DNA from: Nitrospirales bacterium
Lineage (GTDB): Bacteria > Nitrospirota > Thermodesulfovibrionia > Thermodesulfovibrionales > Dissulfurispiraceae
Assembly: GCA_020846375.1 (NCBI GenBank)
Contig: JADLDZ010000110.1
Coordinates: forward strand, 1 to 34,431
Direction of reading: 5' to 3'
DNA: 34,431 bases
A program made the translations under genes and the position numbers. Under the pieces are notes generated by a model, which had not been told where the DNA came from, ran no database searches, and saw only the letters and a program-made list of their open reading frames with translations. Of this stretch, positions 27,154 through 34,431 are shown piece after piece (the stretch's first letter is position 1; each line of letters opens with the position of its first letter).

Positions 27154-29042
27154 AGTGGTCGATACATCCTCTGTCAAAGATAGCGATTGACCTTCAGCCT
27201 GGGTTCGCAATGCTGCCAAAAGCAGGGGATTCGAATTTCCCACAGCTTAGAACGAACAACGTGTCTTCTGAAGGCCGGATTGACCTAAATCTGGTCAAGA
27301 AAGTTCCCGCATCCAAGAAAGAATGCGAGCGCTACTCGCTTCAACATGGCGATATTCTTTTCAACAATACAAACAGTGTCGACCTGGTCGGCAAGACCGC
27401 TCTCTTTGATCTCGAAGGGCCCTATCTTTTCTCAAACCATATGACTCGTGTTCGGGTCAATCTCGAAATTGCAGACCCGCACTTCGTAGCACGGCAATTA
27501 TTCTGGATCTGGAGATCCGGTGGTTTCCGAACGATGGTCACTCGCTGGGTAAATCAGGCGGCAATCAATAAGACAATGCTTGGGGGCGTGAAGATCTGTC
27601 TGCCAGCCCTCTCCGAGCAACGTCGAATTGTTGAGATACTCCACCAGGCAGACGCACTTCGGAGAAAGCGCGCCGAGGCCGACGCAAAGGCCGGTCGCAT
27701 TCTCCCCGCGTTATTTTACAGAGTGTTTGGCGATCCTCTGGCACTGATAAGCTCCGGCGAGGGTGTCCCTCTTTCTGAGCTTGAAGTAGACCTGCAGAAC
27801 GGATTTGCCTGTGGCGAAAAGGATGTTGAGGATGGCGTTCCGCACCTCCGCATGAACAACATCGACGATGCAGGCGTGCTCAATCTGGAACTTGTCCGGA
27901 CCGTCCCGTTTGACCGTGATACTGAACGGTATCGGCTAATGGAGAAAGACGTGCTTTTCATGGGCACGAACAGCGAGGACAAGATCGGCAAGACCTGTCT
28001 ATTCTTGCCTCCCGATGAACGAACCTACCTATTCAGCAATCATCTAATCCGCCTTCGCGTATCGGACTCGCGCATTACCCCAGAGTATCTTGCTGGTTTC
28101 CTCCACCTCCTATGGTCGAAGAGGTTCTTCCCTTCCATTGCCAAGAGATGGGTCAACCAATCTGCGGTGGCTCAGTCTTCACTTGCAGCCCTTCGCATTC
28201 CGTTGCCGGGCGAAAGATCGCTTCAAATGTTCACGGCCGCATTCCAAAACCTCCTGTCTCTGAGAGCACAGCGGGTGCGCTCAGGAGAAACCCTCGACCA
28301 GACCTTTGCCGTCTTGCTTCATCGTGCCTTTACCGGCGACCTCACGGTCAAGTGGCGCGAGGCGCATATGAAGGAACTCCTGGCGGAGATGGAAGCCCAG
28401 GCCAAAGCTCTTGATTGCCCGTCAACGCAGAGCAAATCACCAGAGGTCGGATCGAAACGCCATGCCGGTCATGACATGCATAACAAGGCAGCATTGGCTG
28501 CGTATATAACTGACCGTTGCCATACACCCGACCGCCCCATGGGAAGGGTGAAGCTCGCCAAGCTCTTTTATTTGGTACAGCAAAAGGCAGAGATCGAACT
28601 CACCGAGACATTCATGAAGCGCGCCGCTGGGCCGCTTGACGATGAAATCCACAAGTTCCTGAGCCTTGCTCAGAAGAGTAAGTGGCTGGTTCTCCTCCGG
28701 GGAGAAGGCGATCTGAAACCCGTAAAGCCGGGAACAAACGTTTCCAAAGCCATCGAGCAAGCCGAGAAGCTTTTAGGTCCTGCAAAGGCAAAGGTTGACG
28801 AGATGCTCGACCAGATGAAGGGATGGGGCTACCGCGCTCTTGAACGCTGGGCCACCGTCCTCGATGCATCCTTCGAACTGAAGGCAGCCGGACATCCTGC
28901 TACGGTCGAGACCATTAAGGATGTCATCCAGAAGCATCCGGAGTGGGTGCCCAAATTAAACAGGGATGAGTTCTCAGACACACATATCGAAACCGCTCTC
29001 AAAGGACTGCGCGGTTTCGGCTTTATCACAAACCAAGATTGA
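27150..29042 (+). CDS. hsdS: Type I specificity subunit (HsdS) with two target-recognition domains plus a roughly 200-aa C-terminal extension
   Basis: The two conserved regions are LPALSEQRRIVEILHQADALRRKR and LPGERSLQMFTAAFQNLLSLRAQR...FTGDLTVKWREAH. The ATGA start overlaps hsdM. The tail (about aa 425-630) contains AAYITDRC...MGRVKLAKLFYLVQQ...RAAGPLDDEI. Confidence 0.85.
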   Translation: MKWSIHPLSKIAIDLQPGFAMLPKAGDSNFPQLRTNNVSSEGRIDLNLVKKVPASKKECERYSLQHGDILFNNTNSVDLVGKTALFDLEGPYLFSNHMTRVRVNLEIADPHFVARQLFWIWRSGGFRTMVTRWVNQAAINKTMLGGVKICLPALSEQRRIVEILHQADALRRKRAEADAKAGRILPALFYRVFGDPLALISSGEGVPLSELEVDLQNGFACGEKDVEDGVPHLRMNNIDDAGVLNLELVRTVPFDRDTERYRLMEKDVLFMGTNSEDKIGKTCLFLPPDERTYLFSNHLIRLRVSDSRITPEYLAGFLHLLWSKRFFPSIAKRWVNQSAVAQSSLAALRIPLPGERSLQMFTAAFQNLLSLRAQRVRSGETLDQTFAVLLHRAFTGDLTVKWREAHMKELLAEMEAQAKALDCPSTQSKSPEVGSKRHAGHDMHNKAALAAYITDRCHTPDRPMGRVKLAKLFYLVQQKAEIELTETFMKRAAGPLDDEIHKFLSLAQKSKWLVLLRGEGDLKPVKPGTNVSKAIEQAEKLLGPAKAKVDEMLDQMKGWGYRALERWATVLDASFELKAAGHPATVETIKDVIQKHPEWVPKLNRDEFSDTHIETALKGLRGFGFITNQD

Positions 29043-29054
29043 TGGAGGTGCATT

Positions 29055-29261
29055 ATGCCCAAGAAGCCAGAAAACCACGGCAAACCCTGGACCGACAAGC
29101 AGGTTCAGCAGTTGGAAAAACTCGTTGACCAGAACACCCCCACACGGGTGATCGGTCTCAAACTCGGACGGACGGAAGACTCGATCCGGTCCAAGGCAAG
29201 CGAAGAGGACATCTCGCTCAAGCCGACAAATCAATCACCTTACAACCGGCGCAAGAAATGA
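29055..29261 (+). CDS. Small basic protein, possible Myb/SANT- or sigma-region-4-like HTH
   Basis: 68 aa with KPWTDKQVQQLEKLVDQNTPTRVIGLKLGRTEDSIRSKA. A GGAGGTG Shine-Dalgarno sequence lies upstream. Confidence 0.45.
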   Translation: MPKKPENHGKPWTDKQVQQLEKLVDQNTPTRVIGLKLGRTEDSIRSKASEEDISLKPTNQSPYNRRKK

Positions 29262-29279
29262 GGCGTTGAAGGAAGTAGC

Positions 29280-30416
29280 ATGGACGACGATCTTCGACAT
29301 TTCCGGCCAGCCTACCTGAAGCTCCAGGAGGATATGGAACGCTTGAACCGCGCGCTCAAGCCGTCCTATCTGAGCGTTTATGAACGGATGGAACGGGCGC
29401 TTGAGCCGATCCGGCGTCAGCATTTGGAGATCTCACGTTCCATCGAGCTTTCCGGACTTGCGTCATCCCGTCTGGCGGAGATCGTCCAGGCCAATCAGCG
29501 TTGGCAAGATCTGATCGACCAAGCCACCGTCTCGGGCCGCGTTTTTGAGGATATCAAGCGGACGCATCAGACATGGCTCGAAGGGATCAGGCCGATGCAG
29601 GATAGCATCGAACAGCTTCAAGCAGCGGCCAAAATGTCTCTTGGCGATATGGCATATCGGGCGACTGTCGCAGAGCAGCTCTTCGCCGGAATTGACTTCG
29701 ATGCCATGCGACAAGCTATGGCATTGCCGGAGCCGGCGTTCCTGAAGTTCCAGGACGTGATCGGCAATGTGACGTCAACCTATGAGAAACTGGCCGCATC
29801 GATTCGAGTCCTTCCAGATGTGACCTATTTACCTGCGTTCGCGCTGCCCGGAGCAACGCGTGAGGTCTTCATCACTGGCTACGCTTCAGACGCGATCCGG
29901 ATTCCAGAAGAGCCGGAGGACGAGGATGATGCATCTGTCGTTCAGTTGATCGCCGAAGTGGAGCAGGAAACCTCTGGCTGTATCGGATTGCTACAGGCCG
30001 TTGATCCCGCCCTGGCCAGACCGTATATCGGCGCTCACGATGCACTTCGTGGGAGAAACGCCGATAGAGCGAGACACATTCTTTCCTCGTTGAGAGAGTT
30101 CTGGAACCACTTGCTGCGTCGCCTGGCCCCGGACAAACACGTGCTTTCATGGATATCGACGGATGATAAAGACCTTCTCCACGAGGGGCGGCCCACCCGG
30201 AGAGCGCGCGTGCTGTATGTTTGTCGCAGCCTCAACCATGAGCCTCTGACCGAGTTCGTCGTTCAAGACACGCGTGCGCTGGTGAAACTGGTGGAGTTTT
30301 TCAATCGTGTCCACGAACTCGAGCCGAAATTGACGGATGAACAGCTTCGCGCCCTCCTGCTCCGAACCGATTCTTGGCTCACGTACATTCTGCAAATTTG
30401 GGAGGGGACGAGATAA
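29280..30416 (+). CDS. Hypothetical, predominantly alpha-helical protein (378 aa)
   Basis: The ORF has a Shine-Dalgarno sequence and is tightly packed between its neighbours. The N-terminus is heptad-like and the C-terminal roughly 130 aa are helical. No catalytic motif was recognised. Confidence 0.5.
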   Translation: MDDDLRHFRPAYLKLQEDMERLNRALKPSYLSVYERMERALEPIRRQHLEISRSIELSGLASSRLAEIVQANQRWQDLIDQATVSGRVFEDIKRTHQTWLEGIRPMQDSIEQLQAAAKMSLGDMAYRATVAEQLFAGIDFDAMRQAMALPEPAFLKFQDVIGNVTSTYEKLAASIRVLPDVTYLPAFALPGATREVFITGYASDAIRIPEEPEDEDDASVVQLIAEVEQETSGCIGLLQAVDPALARPYIGAHDALRGRNADRARHILSSLREFWNHLLRRLAPDKHVLSWISTDDKDLLHEGRPTRRARVLYVCRSLNHEPLTEFVVQDTRALVKLVEFFNRVHELEPKLTDEQLRALLLRTDSWLTYILQIWEGTR

Positions 30417-30418
30417 CC

Positions 30419-32056
30419 ATGCTGACTGCTTTAAGAATCGGAAATTTTAAGGCTTTTGCCGAAACGCAACGGATTCCTATCCGTCCCTTGACACTGATTT
30501 ATGGTGCGAACAGTTCCGGAAAATCGAGCGTGCTGCACAGCATGATTCTCGCCCGTCATGCACAGGAGACGGGCAATCTGGATGTTCATCGCACCAATGT
30601 GGGTGGCGAATCGGTGGATCTGGGTGGCTTCCGCCAGTATGTCCACCGGCGTGAGGCCAATCGCCGAGTCGAGTGGGCTATGGACCTCGATACTAGTTCA
30701 TTCAAGGATCGGCTCGCGGAACTCTTCGCGCCCGTGAAGCAGGTTACGATGCGCCTCAATCTTGGCATCGGACTGGATGATCAAGACCACCCGCTCCGGG
30801 AGTCAATCCCTGAAATTCACACCTATGAACTTCTCGCCGATGGTCAGAGCCTTCTCCGGATGAGTCACCGCAGAGACGGTAAGCTTCAGCTCGACCGCTT
30901 GGATCACGAACATCCTGTATTTCGGAAAGTTATCAAGGCGATGGTCCTGCTTTCTACAACGACCGAAACGATTCACCCGGAGGACTTTGAGGGCCTTGAT
31001 GAGGCAATTGCCGAGCTTGTCCCGGAGGTGGTGGCAAAGAGTACGCAGTTTTTGCCTGACGGATTGGCAGAATCAAATGTTTCCAGCCCGGGCGGTCAGG
31101 CCACCCTTTTTTTTACAATCAGTAAAGCCCGCAGAAAAGAGGAGTTAGGCGCGGCAGTACGGTCATTCCTTCCCCGCAAGATCGACGAAATTCTAAGAGG
31201 TGTCGGGCAGGTGGTCGCAGGTGAACTATCGCGGCTCAGATACTTGGGTCCATTGCGGTCTTATCCGCCGCGCCATCTGGCCTTTTCCCAGCACCACGAT
31301 CCGAACTGGTATGCTGGCGGGGGCTACGCATGGGACGTCATTCGTCGTGACGCAACTGTTCGGAAACTGGTTAATGAATGGCTCTCCGCGCCTGACCGAC
31401 TCCAGACACCATACGAGCTTCGTATACGCCATCTTCTGACAATAGACGACCTCGACCCGGATTACACCAAAGTCATTGAAACGTTAGAACAGAGATTTAC
31501 GGGCGGCGAACCATATGATTGGGACCTTTTCGGCGAACTTTATTCTGCGCTGGAGAAAATAAAACAGAACGAGGCAAAACTCACCGAGGTTCAGGAACTC
31601 AACCTTGTCGATATGCGGAGTAATACAATTGTCAGCCACCGGGATGTGGGTATTGGTGTAAGCCAGGTTTTACCTGTACTTGTGACTTCGTATGCGTCAC
31701 AAAACCAGATTGTCGCCATCGAGCAACCGGAAATCCATTTGCACCCGGCGCTCCAGGCCGACTTGGGTGATGTGTTCATCCAATCTGCGCTTGGCCCAGG
31801 CAGGAACAGGTTCTTGATTGAGACGCATAGCGAACACTTACTTTTGCGCGTAATGCGCCGGATGCGTGAAACCAGCAACGACGAACTGCCTGAAGGAGTT
31901 CCACCTATCACTCCGAAGGACGTGTGCGTGCTGTTTGTACAGCCGAAAGGAACATCGTCGGCGGTGCGCCACCTGGAATTAGATGAAGAAGGTCAGCTCC
32001 TGGACGCGTGGCCGGGCGGCTTCTTTGAAGAAGGCTACCGGGAACGGTTTGCGTGA
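30419..32056 (+). CDS. ABC-type / AAA_15-AAA_21-like ATPase with a DUF3696-like C-terminus
   Basis: The N-terminus reads LRIGNFKAF...PLTLIYGANSSGKSS (Walker A), followed by LRYLGPLR. The signature-like motif is GIGVSQVLPV, Walker B is IVAIEQPEIHLHP and the H-loop is IETHSEH. The C-terminal motif is WPGGFFEE. The ATG lies 3 nt after the upstream TAA. Confidence 0.8.
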   Translation: MLTALRIGNFKAFAETQRIPIRPLTLIYGANSSGKSSVLHSMILARHAQETGNLDVHRTNVGGESVDLGGFRQYVHRREANRRVEWAMDLDTSSFKDRLAELFAPVKQVTMRLNLGIGLDDQDHPLRESIPEIHTYELLADGQSLLRMSHRRDGKLQLDRLDHEHPVFRKVIKAMVLLSTTTETIHPEDFEGLDEAIAELVPEVVAKSTQFLPDGLAESNVSSPGGQATLFFTISKARRKEELGAAVRSFLPRKIDEILRGVGQVVAGELSRLRYLGPLRSYPPRHLAFSQHHDPNWYAGGGYAWDVIRRDATVRKLVNEWLSAPDRLQTPYELRIRHLLTIDDLDPDYTKVIETLEQRFTGGEPYDWDLFGELYSALEKIKQNEAKLTEVQELNLVDMRSNTIVSHRDVGIGVSQVLPVLVTSYASQNQIVAIEQPEIHLHPALQADLGDVFIQSALGPGRNRFLIETHSEHLLLRVMRRMRETSNDELPEGVPPITPKDVCVLFVQPKGTSSAVRHLELDEEGQLLDAWPGGFFEEGYRERFA

Positions 32057-33048
32057 AGGAGGAGCTGCCTGTGCTTTATGAATTTGCCATGACGCCTGAC
32101 CTATTCGACGCATCCGTAGCCAACTCAGACGGCAGAGCAAGCATTATTCTGGTCGAACTTTTGCGGGGGATAGCCGAAAACGGCCTATTGGCAAACCTCC
32201 ATAAGGATCGGTGGTTACGTCATGTAACAGAGAAGCGGGCAACGACGCTTTCACCCGCACTGAAAGATAAAGTCCTTACATGTCTTTCGGTGCTGCATGA
32301 TCGGCATCGGCTGGTTCGACATCCGAAGTGCATAGCTGGCGATCCCGGCAATGATAAGGGATGGTTGAACCTGGCCTTCGATTCGCATGACCGAATTCCC
32401 CTTCACGCCATTGTCCTGAGCCAACCGTTAATAGACGGTTGCGGCCGCGAATGCGACGCCTTGGTCGAGTTCTTTGGCTCTTTGGATTCAACGCAGTGGA
32501 ACGGGCGACGGAAGAGGACATTGTCTCTGACTAAATCGGATGTCGACTACCGCGCCGCTCTTGCTCCGATATTGCGTCATGCGAAATCCCTGGCACTTAT
32601 CGACCCCTGGCTGAACTCGCATGAATCACGCTACCTCGACACGGTTACCATCTGCTCGAACGTATTGGGACAAAGAGGACATGCCAGGCTTCAAGGGCGT
32701 ATCGATATTCATGCTGAAACAGGCAAACAGAAGCCAGATGGCCGAACCGTTGCAGACCACCTCGCCGCCTGGGAACAAAAGCTTCGGCCGCTGATCCAGG
32801 AGGATCGCCATAGATTCAGGGTGTTCCTCTGGGAATCTTTACCTGGTTCTGAGTCGATGCATGACCGCTTTATCCTGACGGACCAATGTGGCATTTCTGC
32901 TCCCGGCGGACTGGATTGCCGAAGTCACTCCCATGCCAATAGAACGGACTGGAGCCTGCTTGACGAGGATGTAAGACAACGCCACTGGAACGAACACGAC
33001 CCCCCTGTGAGCCCCTTCAAGTTGCTGGGGAATAGGGAGATTTCATGA
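32053..33048 (+). CDS. Hypothetical protein with a C-terminal HxRx4D...GG.D motif (possible divergent PLD/HKD-like fold)
   Basis: The GTG start overlaps the ATPase stop (GTGA). An alternative GTG at 32071 follows an AAGGAGGAG Shine-Dalgarno sequence. The motif SMHDRFILTDQCGISAPGGLD lies at 32857-32916. Confidence 0.5.
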   Translation: MKEELPVLYEFAMTPDLFDASVANSDGRASIILVELLRGIAENGLLANLHKDRWLRHVTEKRATTLSPALKDKVLTCLSVLHDRHRLVRHPKCIAGDPGNDKGWLNLAFDSHDRIPLHAIVLSQPLIDGCGRECDALVEFFGSLDSTQWNGRRKRTLSLTKSDVDYRAALAPILRHAKSLALIDPWLNSHESRYLDTVTICSNVLGQRGHARLQGRIDIHAETGKQKPDGRTVADHLAAWEQKLRPLIQEDRHRFRVFLWESLPGSESMHDRFILTDQCGISAPGGLDCRSHSHANRTDWSLLDEDVRQRHWNEHDPPVSPFKLLGNREIS

Positions 33049-33088
33049 CGAGAGTTAGGTGCAGTCCAGCCGGAAGGTTCACAAAAAG

Positions 33089-34431
33089 ATGACTAACGAG
33101 GAAATAGCCAGATTCTTCAATAACGCGCGGCCCCACATTCAGGGCAATCCTGACCTGCGCGATCCCCAGGTCGAGGGATGGTTCCGCACGCGCCAGCATT
33201 TCCGGAACAGTTCCGAGCACGCCATCCTCCAGATTCCGGTGGGCTGCGGCAAGACCGGCCTCATGGCCCTGCTGCCTTTTGAGACCGCCCAAGGGCGGGT
33301 GCTGGTGATTGCTCCGAACCTTGAAATTCGTCGGGGCATATCCACCGCCTTCGACGTCGCTGGGCGCGAGTGCTTTTGGACCTCCACGCGTGTGTTGACC
33401 GACGTGAGTCATGGTCCCTTCACGGCCGTCTTGGATGGCCAGGACGCAAACATCCACGACTGCGATAACTCGCACATCGTGGTCACCAACATTCAGCAAC
33501 TGGCCAGCCGGGCCGACCGCTGGCTCCCGGCCTTTACCGACGGGTTCTTTGACCTGATCCTGGTAGATGAGGGGCACCACAATGTAGCCAGAAGCTGGGA
33601 GCGGGTCTTTGAGCGGTTTCCGAACGCCAAGGTCGTCAGCCTGACCGCCACGCCATTCAGAGGCGACGGACGCGAGATTGCCGGCGAGCGGGTCTATGCC
33701 TATCCGTTCCGGACCGCAATGGTTCGTGGGTACATCAAGCAGATCACCGCCGTGAACGTCGCGCCCCAGGAGATTTCCTTCACCTATCGCGGGGATGCCA
33801 GGCAGCATACCCTCGAGGAGGTCCTTCAACTCCGGGACGAGGAATGGTTCAGTCGGGGTGTGGCTCTCGCGCCAGAGTGCAACCGGTCCATCGTTGACGC
33901 CAGCATCCAGTGGCTTCAGCACCTTCGGGAGACCGGCACATTCCATCAAATGATCGCGGTCGCATGTTCGGTGGACCACGCCCGCCAGGTCCGGTCTCTT
34001 TATGCCGAGCGCGGTCTGCAGGCGCGTGAAATCCACAGCAACATGCCAGCGGAGGAAATTGAGGACGTGCTCCAGGACCTTCGCCGGGGCCGGATCGATT
34101 GCATCGTCCAGGTCCGGATGCTCGGGGAGGGATTTGATCACCCAAACCTGAGCGTGGCCGCCATCTTCCAGCCCTTCCGGTCGCTGTCGCCCTATGTCCA
34201 GTTCATCGGCAGGGTCATGCGGGTGATCCACCAGAACAACCCCCAGCACCCGGACAACCGGGGCGTGGCGGTTTCCCACGTGGGGTTGAACATCGACCGT
34301 CATTGGGAGGATTTCCGGCGGATCGACCAGGAGGACCAGGAACTCATCCAGGGCTGGCTTGAAGCGGGTGACGAGCGTCCCCCGGCCGATGAGCCGGGCC
34401 GCCGCAGACGCCTGACGCCGGACATGGTGGT
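33089..34431 (+). CDS. SF2 DEAD/DEAH-box helicase (ResIII + helicase C), 3'-truncated by the window end
   Basis: My own translation of the plus strand gives MTNEEIARFF...QIPVGCGKTG (motif I), LVDEGHH (motif II), SLTATP (motif III), IVQVRMLGEGFDHPNL and QFIGRVMR (motif VI). It is absent from the ORF track because no stop codon lies within the window. Confidence 0.8.
   Translation, partial: MTNEEIARFFNNARPHIQGNPDLRDPQVEGWFRTRQHFRNSSEHAILQIPVGCGKTGLMALLPFETAQGRVLVIAPNLEIRRGISTAFDVAGRECFWTSTRVLTDVSHGPFTAVLDGQDANIHDCDNSHIVVTNIQQLASRADRWLPAFTDGFFDLILVDEGHHNVARSWERVFERFPNAKVVSLTATPFRGDGREIAGERVYAYPFRTAMVRGYIKQITAVNVAPQEISFTYRGDARQHTLEEVLQLRDEEWFSRGVALAPECNRSIVDASIQWLQHLRETGTFHQMIAVACSVDHARQVRSLYAERGLQAREIHSNMPAEEIEDVLQDLRRGRIDCIVQVRMLGEGFDHPNLSVAAIFQPFRSLSPYVQFIGRVMRVIHQNNPQHPDNRGVAVSHVGLNIDRHWEDFRRIDQEDQELIQGWLEAGDERPPADEPGRRRRLTPDMV

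Larger units (their letters stand above)
19056..34431. mobile_element. Putative genomic (defence) island inserted at the 3' end of tRNA-Asn; the right boundary lies beyond the window
   Basis: Gene content switches abruptly at the tRNA from housekeeping to restriction and defence functions. Gene remnants and an excisionase-type HTH pseudogene are present. Stop-codon usage also differs: 9 TGA / 3 TAA / 1 TAG in the island against 9 TAG / 4 TGA / 1 TAA in the backbone. No integrase or att duplication is visible in the window. Confidence 0.5.

Noticed and set aside
33017-34303. 428-aa minus-strand ORF, the only track entry covering 33.1-34.3 kb.
   Set aside because: The plus strand translates into a clean SF2 helicase with motifs I, II, III and VI, open to the window end. 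It is missing from the track only because no stop codon lies within the window. The minus-strand ORF is its shadow.

Overview
Chromosomal window from a moderately GC-rich bacterium; the 5' end of a 16S rRNA gene sits at the left edge on the minus strand.

Positions 1-19055 are conserved backbone:
- rRNA leader and candidate promoters, then rsmG.
- mnmG, interrupted by a single in-frame TGA.
- An HDOD protein with a degenerate sigma54-type AAA+ domain.
- A three-gene envelope glycolipid-modification cluster: flippase-like membrane protein, ArnC-like GT2, and a PAP2-ArnT fusion.
- A GNAT acetyltransferase.
- A decayed Zn-dependent dehydrogenase bracketed by about 100-bp inverted repeats.
- A Cys-rich small protein plus hemH, and an RlmD-like methyltransferase.
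- A dnaJ-hspR-clpB operon, then tRNA-Asn.

From the 3' end of tRNA-Asn to the window end (19056-34431) lies an apparent genomic or defence island. No integrase is visible in the window. Its stop-codon usage (mostly TGA) differs from the backbone (mostly TAG). It contains:
- A decayed class-II amidotransferase / gamma-glutamylcyclotransferase module.
- A broken excisionase-type HTH gene.
- An intact RtcR-family (CARF + sigma54 AAA+ + Fis HTH) activator.
- Two tandem palindromes followed by a near-consensus -24/-12 promoter.
- A tightly packed same-strand gene train of more than 11.5 kb: mini SNase-like nuclease, hsdR, hsdM, hsdS with a roughly 200-aa Panacea-like tail, a small HTH protein, a 378-aa helical protein, an ABC/AAA_15-type ATPase, a 331-aa protein with an HxRx4D motif, and an SF2 helicase cut by the window edge.

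The main hypothesis is that an RNA-damage or ligand-sensing CARF-sigma54 regulator has been rewired from RNA-repair genes onto a composite restriction/defence operon. That operon includes an uncharacterised ATPase / unknown protein / helicase module. Every family assignment comes from reading motifs in the translations. No database search was run.
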